A DNA stretch of 64,000 nucleotides from an uncultured Ruficoccus sp. (GCA_965140785.1 OZ223497.1:192001-256000); one strand, 5' to 3'; positions 20,518-30,593 are shown, counted from the stretch's first letter. Numbers and translations are program-made. The notes: a model not told the origin generated them from the sequence alone.

Positions 20518-23500
20518 TCAGCCAGCGGAAATGGATCACACGGAAGCGGCGGCCCGCGGAAGGGGCGGCGGAGTCGATCCCGACCGGGGTCCGCTGAACG
20601 ATGGCTTCGCACCAGGTGCGGCTCTCGACCTTGCCGGTTACGGGGTTCACGGCATCGCCGTAGCAGCGGATGGTGAAGGTGTCCGAGCGCACCGTCAGCA
20701 GCGGGGCGAGGGCGGTCAGAATGTCTGTCTGCGACAGAAAGCCCGGGGCATCGGTAGAGAAGTACCCTTGGCTGTTTTCGCGGTACTGCGGTGCCAGCAC
20801 ACTCCAGGTTGACGTGACCACCTGGCGCTGTGCTCCGGAGTCGATAATGCCGAGCGGGTCTTCCACATTGCCATCAAAGGCCGGGGTCACGGCGGAGCCC
20901 AGGCTTTCCTGGAAATCCGCCTGCCGCAGGTCTTCGTTGATGTCGGGCAGGCCGTCCTCATTGACATCCACATGGTCGATGGCCGCCTGCAGGGTGCCTT
21001 TCAATCGGGTGTCATGCTGATCGACAAGGACGCGTAGCCGTGCATTGCCGCTCGGAGCCGGGTCCGGGTTTGGCTCCGGGTCCTCGTCTGTCAGGGTGCG
21101 GTTGACAAAGCTGGCCAGCGAGGGGAAGGGGCCGCGCAACTTTACCTGCTCGACGATTTCCTCGGCCAGAGCATCGAGCTGCGCATCGCTCAGGCTACGG
21201 AAGCCGCTCCACATGCGCGGGATGTTGCTGGTGTCGGTGTTGTCACCGATGTCCCCGCTGCGGTAGTCCTGAAAGGCCCAGTGGGTGATTCGCGGGAAGG
21301 CGTTGTCGAGCTTTTCCCCGGCCCCGTCCGGATCGTCGATGATGTCCGACAGGCCGCCCAGGAGTGCGCGCCAGGCATTGACCGAAGTCGAGTTAACATT
21401 GAAGGCCCCGTCCACGGCGAGGTAGCCGGCCGCCTCATCCCGCTCAAGAATGGCATCGACTTGAAGCGGCTCATTTACATCCAGAAACAGAGGGACGATA
21501 CGCGCGTTGGCAAACGGTTCTGACCAGTCCGTCGTGCCGGCGGGGATGGACGAGAAAAAGTACTGGTCCCAGAGCGCTTCGTTCACCCGGTAGGTGTAGT
21601 CGGCCTCATCCAGGGGCATGAAAGAGTTGGACCAGGAGTTGCCGATGACATAACTCGGGATCGTGTAATCCTGCGGGTTGTCGTTGGACCCGAGGTAGAG
21701 GGTGTTGCGCAGGTTCGCGTGGCGCAGGTCGCCGAGAGAAAAAATGCTTTCGCGGGGAACCGAGAACAGTACGACTTCATGCTCGCCGTCTTCATTGACG
21801 GAACGCCCGGCAAAGGCGGCATCTTCGTCACCGGGATCGTAGGTGATGCTGTTGGAGCCCATCGCGCCATTGACAAATGCGCCGCTGAGCCAGTTGCCGC
21901 CACCGTTCCAGAGCGTATAGGCAATATTCTCATCGCCGGGAGTTTTTAGGGCCCGGTAATTGAAATCCGCCAGCAGCCGCCAGCCATACCCGCCGGAGCT
22001 TCGCGGCAACAGGGTGCGCACACCGCCGATTCGGGCGCCGATGTGAGTTTCCGGAATCGTATCCCGAATTTGAGAGCCACTGGTGACTGTCCCTGAGCCC
22101 ATATGCGTGATGCCCCCAATATAAGCTTCCCCGCCATCGGGCGTGACTGCATACACATTTAAGGACACGTCGCCGCCACTGTCTATACCCATGGAGTAAG
22201 GAACGGGATTCGCCGGGTCCGTTTCATCAATCAAATCTTCCCGCTTATAAATGCCGTCCGGGTAGGTGAAATGAGCGGGCGAATTCGCGTTGTCATTCTT
22301 GAAGTTCCGGGTCAGGGGAATCATGAGAAAGCCGTTGGACTCACGATAACCCGGCGCCATCACCTTGGCCTCGTCGGGCATGTCTGAGGCATGATAAAAT
22401 CCATCAAGCACGAAATCATCGTCGGCCTGCATGCTGAGGACTTTGACCTCGCCCGGCGCGAAACCGACGGGCTCCTTTGTCATGTAGCGAACATAGCGTG
22501 TATTCGTGCCCGTTGCGTCCGATACGTTCTCCTCCACAAAGTACCGGTTGACGCTGTTGTCCTTGCTCAATCTGAACCGCAAATGGTTTTTGGACTGTTC
22601 GGGCAGGTTGTTGCTTTCGAAGATATAATTGGTGGGGGCGAGAGCGACGTCGTACGGGTTATGCAGGACGACGGCGGTCCAGATGATGGCGTGCAGCTGA
22701 TAGTCGGTCGTAGCGGGGATCTGTTTGAAATAGAAGCCATAGGCCAGGTCGTCGGCGAGCAGAACCGGATAGACACCCTGGGTGGTGTCGGTCTGGCCGC
22801 GCACGCTGATGATGTTTCCGCTGACGGCATCCTTGAGCCCGTAGTAGGAGCTGAGCAGCTCCCAGCGGGGGGCGGGCTTGTCGTCACCGGAATCGTTGAA
22901 CACCTTTCCCGTCAAGGGCTGGTCGTCGAGGCCGCGGGTGAGGTCGGTTTTGAGCCCGCCCTGGAGCGCGTTCGTGAGGAGCCCGTCGGAGGTCAGGGTG
23001 TAATCGTGAAAACCGGTTTTAACGATGCCCGGCGTATCGGCGGCGTTTCGGTCGATCAGCTCCAGCAGGCCGCGGGAAGCGGCCCGGCTCAAGCTGCTGC
23101 GGTCCGCTTCGTCGTCATAGTCCAAGCCCAGGCCGTCCTCGAGGACCTCGGGGGCGATCTTCTGCACGGCGTGAAGCCGGTTGAAGGTGTCCTCGGCGCT
23201 CGGGTTGGCGGCCAGCTCGTCGGGCGATTCGATCATATTGAGCTTGGCCTTCACCCCCTCGTCACCGATCCAGTAGGCGTAGTGGCCGAAGACATCTCCG
23301 TCCCCGCCGGCGACCTCGACCTTTTGCGCGGTGATCGCGTAGGGGTTGTCATTGCCCGTGGTATTGTCGCTGTCGGCGGTGCTGTCTCCGACCAGGGTGA
23401 CCCTGTCTCCGGCCCATGCATGGGTATGCCAACCGGACATATTCGCCCCGCTTTCCTCGGGGGCTCCCGAGACCAGCCAGCCCAGGAAACGCATTTCGCC

Positions 23501-23902
23501 GGTGCCGTTCGCGACGGGCTCATTGGACCATACGCCGGTCAGGTATTCTTTACCCTTGGCGGGGGCTCCCTGCGAATTACTCAGGTCGGTTAAGATGTCC
23601 GCGCGGGCTGTCGTGCGTTGGTCCGGTCCCGCCATCTTCTGTAACTCACCGATGGCGATATTGAGGGCGAGCAGTGCGTTTTGTTCGGATTGGCTTTTGT
23701 ACTGATGGTTCTGGGTGGTGGCGATCTCGACCTGAATCAGGGTGGAGATCCCGACGATCAGCAACATGACAAACGCCATGAGCGACAGCGCCAGGACCAG
23801 GGCGAATCCGGGCGACGGGCGCTTGGAAGCCCCGGGAGCGTCACCCGGCAGTAACCGGGGGTAGCGGGGCCGTTCATCACGAAGGGGTAAAGAGACTGTC
23901 AT
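20501..23902 (-). CDS. Large PilX-like / Verru_Chthon cassette protein A-like protein (1133 aa)
   Basis: Class III-like leader G|FALVLALSLMAFVMLLIVG; GELQKMAGPDQR, YWIGDEGVKA, GAFNVNSTSVNAW, RGPFPSL, VRSDTFTIR.YGDA, GRRFR..FRWL. Confidence 0.7.
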   Translation of the reverse strand: MTVSLPLRDERPRYPRLLPGDAPGASKRPSPGFALVLALSLMAFVMLLIVGISTLIQVEIATTQNHQYKSQSEQNALLALNIAIGELQKMAGPDQRTTARADILTDLSNSQGAPAKGKEYLTGVWSNEPVANGTGEMRFLGWLVSGAPEESGANMSGWHTHAWAGDRVTLVGDSTADSDNTTGNDNPYAITAQKVEVAGGDGDVFGHYAYWIGDEGVKAKLNMIESPDELAANPSAEDTFNRLHAVQKIAPEVLEDGLGLDYDDEADRSSLSRAASRGLLELIDRNAADTPGIVKTGFHDYTLTSDGLLTNALQGGLKTDLTRGLDDQPLTGKVFNDSGDDKPAPRWELLSSYYGLKDAVSGNIISVRGQTDTTQGVYPVLLADDLAYGFYFKQIPATTDYQLHAIIWTAVVLHNPYDVALAPTNYIFESNNLPEQSKNHLRFRLSKDNSVNRYFVEENVSDATGTNTRYVRYMTKEPVGFAPGEVKVLSMQADDDFVLDGFYHASDMPDEAKVMAPGYRESNGFLMIPLTRNFKNDNANSPAHFTYPDGIYKREDLIDETDPANPVPYSMGIDSGGDVSLNVYAVTPDGGEAYIGGITHMGSGTVTSGSQIRDTIPETHIGARIGGVRTLLPRSSGGYGWRLLADFNYRALKTPGDENIAYTLWNGGGNWLSGAFVNGAMGSNSITYDPGDEDAAFAGRSVNEDGEHEVVLFSVPRESIFSLGDLRHANLRNTLYLGSNDNPQDYTIPSYVIGNSWSNSFMPLDEADYTYRVNEALWDQYFFSSIPAGTTDWSEPFANARIVPLFLDVNEPLQVDAILERDEAAGYLAVDGAFNVNSTSVNAWRALLGGLSDIIDDPDGAGEKLDNAFPRITHWAFQDYRSGDIGDNTDTSNIPRMWSGFRSLSDAQLDALAEEIVEQVKLRGPFPSLASFVNRTLTDEDPEPNPDPAPSGNARLRVLVDQHDTRLKGTLQAAIDHVDVNEDGLPDINEDLRQADFQESLGSAVTPAFDGNVEDPLGIIDSGAQRQVVTSTWSVLAPQYRENSQGYFSTDAPGFLSQTDILTALAPLLTVRSDTFTIRCYGDAVNPVTGKVESRTWCEAIVQRTPVGIDSAAPSAGRRFRVIHFRWLNENDV

Positions 23903-24026
23903 GTCTGTGGGGTAGGGAAGTCTGTGCTCCTTTGCAGGCCATGGTGGGTTATGTCAAACCTCGCTTGAGCGGATAAGATTAACCCATTGATAGAGCGATA
24001 CCGGATAAAAGACAAACCGGGCCTGA

Positions 24027-24040
24027 CTTATCACGATGAG
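24027..24040. promoter_or_regulatory. Putative LacI operator, copy 4 (CTTATCACGATGAG)
   Basis: 125 bp upstream of the PilX-like gene; shares the flank CTGGA..GGGTT with copy 3. Confidence 0.7.
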
Positions 24041-24073
24041 CTGGAGGGTTAAGTCAGAGCAATTCTCTTACGC

Positions 24074-25282
24074 CTACCGTGTATTCACCGGGGCGAGAGC
24101 CTTGCGGAGCGTTTCGACTCCGGCTTGCAGCATGTCGTCCACGGCATGCAGGGTTCGGGTGACGAGTTCCCGGCTGGCCTCGGGCTCCATGATCTGCCGC
24201 ATGGCCGCGTCAGCGACCGCGTCGGCATCGACCTCGTCAATTTCCAGGATGCAGGACTCCAAGCCGATGTCTCGCCACATCTGGCCCTTGATCGAGTCGG
24301 TCGGTTGGCGCAGGTAAATCACAGGCACGCCCTGCCGCAGAGCCAGGATAGGCGAGTGGCATTCAAAGCTGACCAGGCTTCGGGCCTGCGCATAGACGGC
24401 GGTGGCTTCGTCCGGTAGCCAGTAACGACGTCGTACGTGGACGCGTGCCTTCACATCGTCAGGCAACGGATCGTAGAGTAGGGCGTCCATGATATCGACC
24501 TGGTAGGTCATCTCCGGGCACAGGAGCACGTCCAGTCCAGTTTCGCGGACGATGCGGATGATGGCGGCGCGCATTTTGCCGTGGTCCTGTTCTGCGTATG
24601 TGTCATTAACGGCATCGCGTCGGCGATGCTCGTCGTTTACATCAAAGCCGTGTATCTGGTGGTAAGGCGTGTAGCGCAGGCGTGGAACCATGCAGACAAA
24701 GCCACCGGGCCGCAGGCCGGTCTCCCGCAGGTAGGCGGATGCCTTGGCATCGTCCCGCAGGTCACAGGCAAAAGTGGCGTCCGGGCAGAACGCGACTTCG
24801 GGGCCCACAATGCCAGCCTCTTTTACATGCTGGATGGAAGTCGAATCTCGGGTCAGCAGAAACTGAGCAGGATTGGCGGCCTCGATGTGCTCCGGGCGTG
24901 GCCGCTCCGCCGTTATGCCGAAAAAGCCGTAGGGCTTGTCCGTCATGCGGTGCCAGGCGGACGCTTCCCGGTAGGCGCAAAACCCCGGTCCCGACCCATG
25001 CAGGAATAAATCCGCTTGCTCCCAGGCGGCTTTTACCTCTTGGGAAACCGGGCACCCCTCCGCATCCGCGTCCCCTTGCACAATTCGAAGGTCCGGGAAA
25101 TAGTGGCGCAGCAGCTCATCGGCTCCCCTGCCGAGGTTGCGGGGCCACAGGACCACCTCGGCTTCCGGATAAAACCGGGCCAGGGTACGCAGTAAACCGG
25201 GGGTGTGCGCGATGTCTCCGATATTGACCGACTGCCAGGAGGAACGCAAAAGCAGCACGGGCGGTCTGTTCTTTTTAATCAT
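24074..25282 (-). CDS. Polysaccharide pyruvyl transferase family protein
   Basis: SSWQSVNIGDIAHTPG, LHGSG, RDSTS, PDATF, ECHSPI, KGQMWRDIGL. Confidence 0.75.
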   Translation of the reverse strand: MIKKNRPPVLLLRSSWQSVNIGDIAHTPGLLRTLARFYPEAEVVLWPRNLGRGADELLRHYFPDLRIVQGDADAEGCPVSQEVKAAWEQADLFLHGSGPGFCAYREASAWHRMTDKPYGFFGITAERPRPEHIEAANPAQFLLTRDSTSIQHVKEAGIVGPEVAFCPDATFACDLRDDAKASAYLRETGLRPGGFVCMVPRLRYTPYHQIHGFDVNDEHRRRDAVNDTYAEQDHGKMRAAIIRIVRETGLDVLLCPEMTYQVDIMDALLYDPLPDDVKARVHVRRRYWLPDEATAVYAQARSLVSFECHSPILALRQGVPVIYLRQPTDSIKGQMWRDIGLESCILEIDEVDADAVADAAMRQIMEPEASRELVTRTLHAVDDMLQAGVETLRKALAPVNTR

Positions 25283-25401
25283 TAGCTCGCTTGTTTTTAG
25301 CTCTCGAGAAGGGTGGAGAGGGCATAGCTACCGCAGGACCACGCTACCGGCTTCGGTAGGCGCCGCCTGAATGATGCAGTCTTTACTGGGTTATAATATG
25401 C

Positions 25402-26232
25402 CTATTTACCCGAGCCGCTGACGGCACGCCGCCGACGGTAATAGAGACATGCGATCAAGGCAGCCATGCCCCCCCAAATTGAAAAAGCCGATATTTCCGG
25501 GATGCTCTGCGTCCCCAGGTCATCCAGGCCCCACAGCGGAGCGTTCAGGGTTTCTGCGGTAAAGCTAATTTCCACATAGGCGATAGCGCTGCCGGCTGAT
25601 TGGTAGCCCGTGTAGCCCACGCGGCTCTCCGTGCTGTCCAACACCTGTGTACTCAGGAGGGAATCGCTGGCATCATAATAAGCGATGGTGACTCCGCCGG
25701 TTGCGTCGGTATTAGGATAACGGCCTGTCAGCGTAAAACCAAGTGCCTGCGTTCCGCCCCCGAGGGTAAACGTATCGGAATCGCTGTCGTAAGATCCCAG
25801 GTCGATGCGGTACGTAGCCGACGATGAGGTGTTTGAAGCGACACGGAACGAACCACCCTCCGATGAGCGAAAAGATGAGTTGTTGATATAGACGCTATCC
25901 GCGGGGATGCTGCCGGAATCGGCGGTGAGGCTGATCCGGATGTCCGGTCGGGTCTCGTCCGAAAAGGCGAAGATATAGGCGTCCGAGGTGCTCAGGTTGT
26001 TTCCGTTAAGTGCGGAGTAGTTCTGAATGGACGCAAAGCCGTCCAACCCGACGAGCGTGCTGGCGCTGGTGGCATTCGTAGCGGTGATGGCGGTATTTCC
26101 TCCCAGCGTCGGAAGCTCAATCGCATTGCTGCCGGAGGTGAGGCTGGTGTCCGTGACGACCACATTGACCGCCTGTGCCCAAGGCATGAGGCCCAGGCAG
26201 GAGGCTACATATAAGAGTTGTAATTTCTTCAT
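25402..26232 (-). CDS. PEP-CTERM surface protein
   Basis: Signal peptide, S/T/G-rich body, C-terminal IPEIS-TM-YYRRRR. Confidence 0.75.
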   Translation of the reverse strand: MKKLQLLYVASCLGLMPWAQAVNVVVTDTSLTSGSNAIELPTLGGNTAITATNATSASTLVGLDGFASIQNYSALNGNNLSTSDAYIFAFSDETRPDIRISLTADSGSIPADSVYINNSSFRSSEGGSFRVASNTSSSATYRIDLGSYDSDSDTFTLGGGTQALGFTLTGRYPNTDATGGVTIAYYDASDSLLSTQVLDSTESRVGYTGYQSAGSAIAYVEISFTAETLNAPLWGLDDLGTQSIPEISAFSIWGGMAALIACLYYRRRRAVSGSGK

Positions 26233-26358
26233 AAGGGGAGGGGTTGGAATTATGATTTTGCAGCATTGGCGCTACGCTTGTAATCTTTCTAAATCCTCGT
26301 TAATAAACAAGGCTCAAGGAAGTTCACCCTGGCCCTTTGTGTATTCAAAAAAGCTCAT

Positions 26359-27240
26359 TTGACTATGCCCGTAGCCTCACCAGCCCAATTGCCGCCGTAC
26401 GCGAGCGACCGTCCCCGCCTGCAGATCAACCTGCGCTGGGCCTATGCGGCGCGTATTCCTGAAGACCGCTCGAACACGCACACGGTCAGTGGCATCACTA
26501 CCTGGCATCTGAAGGAAGGCGCCGTTAGACTGCTGACTGTTGATGGAGAAGTAAAAGTCAGCGCCCCCGGTGTCATCGTGCTGGGGCCTGGAAAGCGTTC
26601 GCACCATTTCCAGGGCGGTACCCGGCTCAGTTCGATTAATTGTCAGATCCAGTCCGCGCACGGGCCCTACCTGAAAATACCCTCCCTGGTGCAGGTTCCG
26701 ACATCCTTTCACTTGGGCAACGCCATGGAAGTGGTGACCGACTGCATCAACCGGCATAAAACCAACCCGACAGAGCCCGAGCAGGGGCTGTTGCAAATAG
26801 AGATGCACGCGGTTATCGCGCAATGGGGCTACCGGCTGACTGAGGTCTTGTGCGCGTTGCTGGACAACCCCTTCGCCCTTCCCGTCAAGCACCCCGGTCT
26901 GGCCCGTGCGCTGGCCTGGCTGAATGAGCATCCGCGGGATCACACCATACGGGAGGGTGAATTGGCGCAAATAGCGGGCCTGAGCTTGAGCCATTTCAAA
27001 CGTCTCATCCAGGCGGAAACCAAGCAGTCGTTTCGCGACGTCATGCTCGAGCGTAAGCTCGACGCCTGCAATGATCTGCTACTGCGGACAAACCTCCCGA
27101 TCAAGCACATCGCCCGTGAGCTTGGCTTCAACAGCGCCTCGAACTTTGTCCGATGGTTTCAACATCACAGCAGTCAAACACCCGCCGCCTACCGTAAGCG
27201 TCATCGTGCCTGGGGTCAGTCAGTCGGGCTGCAGGGATAA
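26359..27240 (+). CDS. AraC-family transcriptional regulator
   Basis: C-terminal LAQIAGLSLSHFKRL..IKHIARELGFNSASNFVRWF..TPAAYR; divergent from the PEP-CTERM gene. Confidence 0.88.
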   Translation: MTMPVASPAQLPPYASDRPRLQINLRWAYAARIPEDRSNTHTVSGITTWHLKEGAVRLLTVDGEVKVSAPGVIVLGPGKRSHHFQGGTRLSSINCQIQSAHGPYLKIPSLVQVPTSFHLGNAMEVVTDCINRHKTNPTEPEQGLLQIEMHAVIAQWGYRLTEVLCALLDNPFALPVKHPGLARALAWLNEHPRDHTIREGELAQIAGLSLSHFKRLIQAETKQSFRDVMLERKLDACNDLLLRTNLPIKHIARELGFNSASNFVRWFQHHSSQTPAAYRKRHRAWGQSVGLQG

Positions 27241-27429
27241 ATGTGCGAACCGATTCACACCCCGCTGTTACGGCAGCAAACCATCGGAGGTAGATTTTCA
27301 AAAATGTGAAATCAGCCTTGTTCGAGGGCAGTAGGATCAAGCACGCACTCAAAAGGATAGTGCCCAGATCATTGCGCGCCCTTCGATTCGGGGGGCGGAG
27401 GAAGGTTTTGTTTCTTTGGGGACGCTTGG

Positions 27430-27870
27430 ACTTCATCGCTGACGCTTCCGATAAAAGCGGCGCAAAAAAGAATGGCTAGTCGGTCGATAAATCCGTTGAG
27501 AACGGCTAAGAGTGTAGCGACAAATCCTCAGTAGCACATGGCGATACATCCGACACGCTTTGTCTGCATACGGATGGAGGCCGGCTCCGATTTTTCGCAG
27601 ATATTCAGAGGGTGGGTCATAGGGTGAAAGAATGCCCGCACGTATTCTTGTCGATGTTCGCGTTACTGCTTGAACGAAAAAGCAATGCCTAGGTACACCA
27701 ACGAACCGGCCAAAAATTTCCGAGGGTTAGAATCATGTAACGGTTGGTATCAATCCCCGTCATCATGTCTTCTAAGCCGAGCTTATGCGCCCACTCCGCC
27801 ACCGTCGGAATAGAGCCGAAGCTGTTGACGATGATGCTGCCGGCCGGGACGATCTTCTGGTTCATTCCGC
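27430..27870 (-). pseudogene. Decayed C-terminal remnant of a membrane transporter (probably sodium:solute symporter)
   Basis: Reads ..LAGSLVYLGIAFSFKQ*..EYVRAFFHPMTHPL..MQTKRVGCIAMCY*GFVATLLAVLNGFIDRLAILFCAAFIG, with stops and a frameshift. Confidence 0.45.
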
Positions 27871-28096
27871 CGATTGACGGCCCGGCTGCTCGACAAATCT
27901 GACGTGCTCGCCGTGCCCCTGTCGAATCCAGCCGAGGCCAGCATGGCAGTGCTGAGCGTCAAGCTCCTGCCCAATCCCTGGCAATGGAGGGGCAAGAGGA
28001 AACCCGCTGAGCCTATCTTCTCAACCTTCTACCATTCTCAATTGAGGGCGCGGTGTCTGCTTGCCATCGACACCCGACTTCGCCCATACTCGGGCC

Positions 28097-28696
28097 ATGT
28101 GGGACGAGCGATACCAACAATCAGACTATGCCTACGGCTCGGAGGCGAACGATTTTCTCAAGGCCGAGTACGCACGCATACCGGCAGGCGGACGCGTCCT
28201 GTGCCTGGCCGAAGGGCAGGGGCGCAACGCGGTCTTTCTGGCCCGGCAGGGCTATGCGGTGACGGCGTTGGATCAGTCGCCCGTCGGCCTGCAACGAGCG
28301 CGTGAACTCGCCCGCGCGCGTGGCGTGTCTATCGAAACCATCGTGGCCGATCTGGCCGACTATGATCTTGGTCACGCGGCTTGGGACGGCATTGTCTCAA
28401 TCTTTGGCCACACGCCGCCGCCGGTTCGGCAGCGCGTGCACTGTGCCGTGCCGGAAGCGCTGAAAGCGGGCGGGGCTTACCTGCTTGAGTCTTACACGCC
28501 GCGCCAGCTCGACATGCCGGGCACCGGCGGCCCTCCACCCGAACGTTGCGACTGGCTCATGGAGTTGGCCGTCTTGCAGCAGGAGTTGGCGGGGTTGGAC
28601 TTCAGTATCGGGCGCGAAATCGACCGTACCGTCAACGAGGGACGCTACCACCATGGGCTCAGCGCCGTCGTCCAGGTCGTGGCGACAAAGGCTTGA
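28097..28696 (+). CDS. Class I SAM-dependent methyltransferase
   Basis: MWDERY..YAYG.EANDFL, VLCLAEGQGRNAVFLA, GTGGP. Confidence 0.85.
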   Translation: MWDERYQQSDYAYGSEANDFLKAEYARIPAGGRVLCLAEGQGRNAVFLARQGYAVTALDQSPVGLQRARELARARGVSIETIVADLADYDLGHAAWDGIVSIFGHTPPPVRQRVHCAVPEALKAGGAYLLESYTPRQLDMPGTGGPPPERCDWLMELAVLQQELAGLDFSIGREIDRTVNEGRYHHGLSAVVQVVATKA

Positions 28697-28755
28697 ATAA
28701 ACTCCGGTTTTTGATAGTCTCTGGCATTACCTCGTTCACCCTTACGCCTGATCTC

Positions 28756-29261
28756 ATGAACTCCAACAAACGCCTCCTTCTCGGTGCGGCCTTCGCGGCT
28801 AGCCTACTCATTTTCCCGCTGGAGTTGACTGCTCAGCAGTCCTCCATCTCCAATCGTCGCGTGCTGAACTCCGGGATTCGTCCAGCACCGCCGAGGAAGC
28901 CCATGGCAATGTCGGCCTCACCCTGAAAGTTCTTCAGGACGGTAAGCCCAAGGACGTCATCGAATTCCAACTGGTAAGAACGCGTGCGGATTTTTCTGTC
29001 CAGCATGTTCGGATGATCGATGACGAACCGGCTATCCTGCAGTTTAGCGGACAGATGACCCCTCTCGATGAGCAGACCTACCGGATTGACTATCAATTGT
29101 CGCAGTCCCTGCCCTACAAGTCCGTCAATGCCGTCCAGTATCGGGATTCCGGCTGGAAGGCCACGATCGAGCTCAAAATAGGCACGCAGGAAGTGCTCAT
29201 GCGCAACGGCGAGACCACCTATGTACTCGAGCTGAGCGACGGGATCAAAGAGCAGGAGTGA
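28756..29261 (+). pseudogene. Exported hypothetical protein split by one frameshift (likely a sequencing error)
   Basis: Signal peptide MNSNKRLLLGAAFAASLL; one extra G in the G3 run near 28873 joins it to the frame ending at 29261. Confidence 0.5.
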
Positions 29262-29281
29262 CGCCAGTATCCGCCCCCCTG

Positions 29282-30400
29282 TTACGTATACTTTTTCGCG
29301 GACGCCCGGGCTTTCAGACTCGCGATAAAAGCTTCGAAGCGCTCATAGGCGTGAGCCCAGCTCAGGGATTGCACCCGCTGCCAACCAGCCTGGGCGATTT
29401 GGCGGCGCTTGGGTTCGTCTTTGAGCAGCAGGGCGATCCGCTCGGCCAGTACGCTGGGCTCTGAGTGGTCGATGAGGAGGGCTTCCGCCCCGTCCTCCAG
29501 CGAGGCCGGGAAACCCCGCCGCGTGGCGACCAGCGCGGCTCCGCAGGCCATGGCCTCGGCTGCCGCCAGCCCAAAGCTCTCGTAGCGCGAGGGCATCAGT
29601 GCGATAGACCACTGATGGTAGCGCTCGCGCAGTTCCTCCCGCGTGAGCTTGGGCAGGTGGACAAGGCGTTCGCAGAAGGCGGGCGGAAAGACCTTTTCCG
29701 GTTGCAGGCTGTCCAGAGTGCCCACGATCTCGAATTCGGCCTGGGGGAAGCGTTCGGCCAGGCGGGGGAGGGCGGTCTCCAGCGCGTCCTTGCCTTTCAG
29801 GCTCGTCCACGTGCCGCAGTAGCCGATCCGCAGCGGGCGTTCGTGTTCGATCTCCTGCCCAAGAAAGAAAACGGGCAGCGAGTTGTTGATAGCGGTCACT
29901 GCGTCGGGGCTTTGCCAACCCTTTTGCCGGACATAGTCGGCGTCGAACTCCGAGACGGTGATAACCCCGTCGGCGCAACTGAAGGCCCGCTCATAGTGCA
30001 GAAATGCGTCAAAGAGTTTGCCCAGCCGGGTACTTTCCTCCGCGCCGATGCGGCGAAGCTGCTCGGTCACATGGGGCTCGACGCCATTGGAGTGGGCGAG
30101 CAGCAGCGGGCGCTGGGCTAATTTGTGCGCGTGGGAAAAGCCCTGCCACGCCTCCGCTCCGAACGCCTGGATCAGGTCGTAGTGTCCGCTGCGGATAGCC
30201 CGCTTGAGAGCGGAGGTGTAGCCGAGCTGGAGTCGCAGCCGGTGGGCCTTGGTCAGGCCGGGCCAGCGTTGATAATCGCCGGGTGTCAGCAGGTCCACCG
30301 TGTGGCCGTGCTCGCGCAGCCGGTCCACGAATCCCTGGATCACGTACCCCGAGCCCTGGCTGGCGATGACCGGTACGTTGCTGATCGTGAAGATGTTCAT
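29282..30400 (-). CDS. GT4 glycosyltransferase
   Basis: TVSEFD, MPSRYESFGLAAAEAMACG (E-x7-E motif); ATG at 30400. Confidence 0.85.
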   Translation of the reverse strand: MNIFTISNVPVIASQGSGYVIQGFVDRLREHGHTVDLLTPGDYQRWPGLTKAHRLRLQLGYTSALKRAIRSGHYDLIQAFGAEAWQGFSHAHKLAQRPLLLAHSNGVEPHVTEQLRRIGAEESTRLGKLFDAFLHYERAFSCADGVITVSEFDADYVRQKGWQSPDAVTAINNSLPVFFLGQEIEHERPLRIGYCGTWTSLKGKDALETALPRLAERFPQAEFEIVGTLDSLQPEKVFPPAFCERLVHLPKLTREELRERYHQWSIALMPSRYESFGLAAAEAMACGAALVATRRGFPASLEDGAEALLIDHSEPSVLAERIALLLKDEPKRRQIAQAGWQRVQSLSWAHAYERFEAFIASLKARASAKKYT

Positions 30401-30593
30401 GGGCGGGTTGATCCGCTTTCGGGGCTTATTACACTCTCTCACAATGCTCTGCCGCCAGCCGGGTTCAGTCAAGCGCCAAGCCCGCTTGCAGGACGGACTC
30501 CCCCTGTTTTTATGCACACACCGGGGCGAATCTGCCGTTGGCGTGAGTTTAGGCTTTTCGTGGGCGGACTTTCCGCGTGGAGTGATGGGCTGC

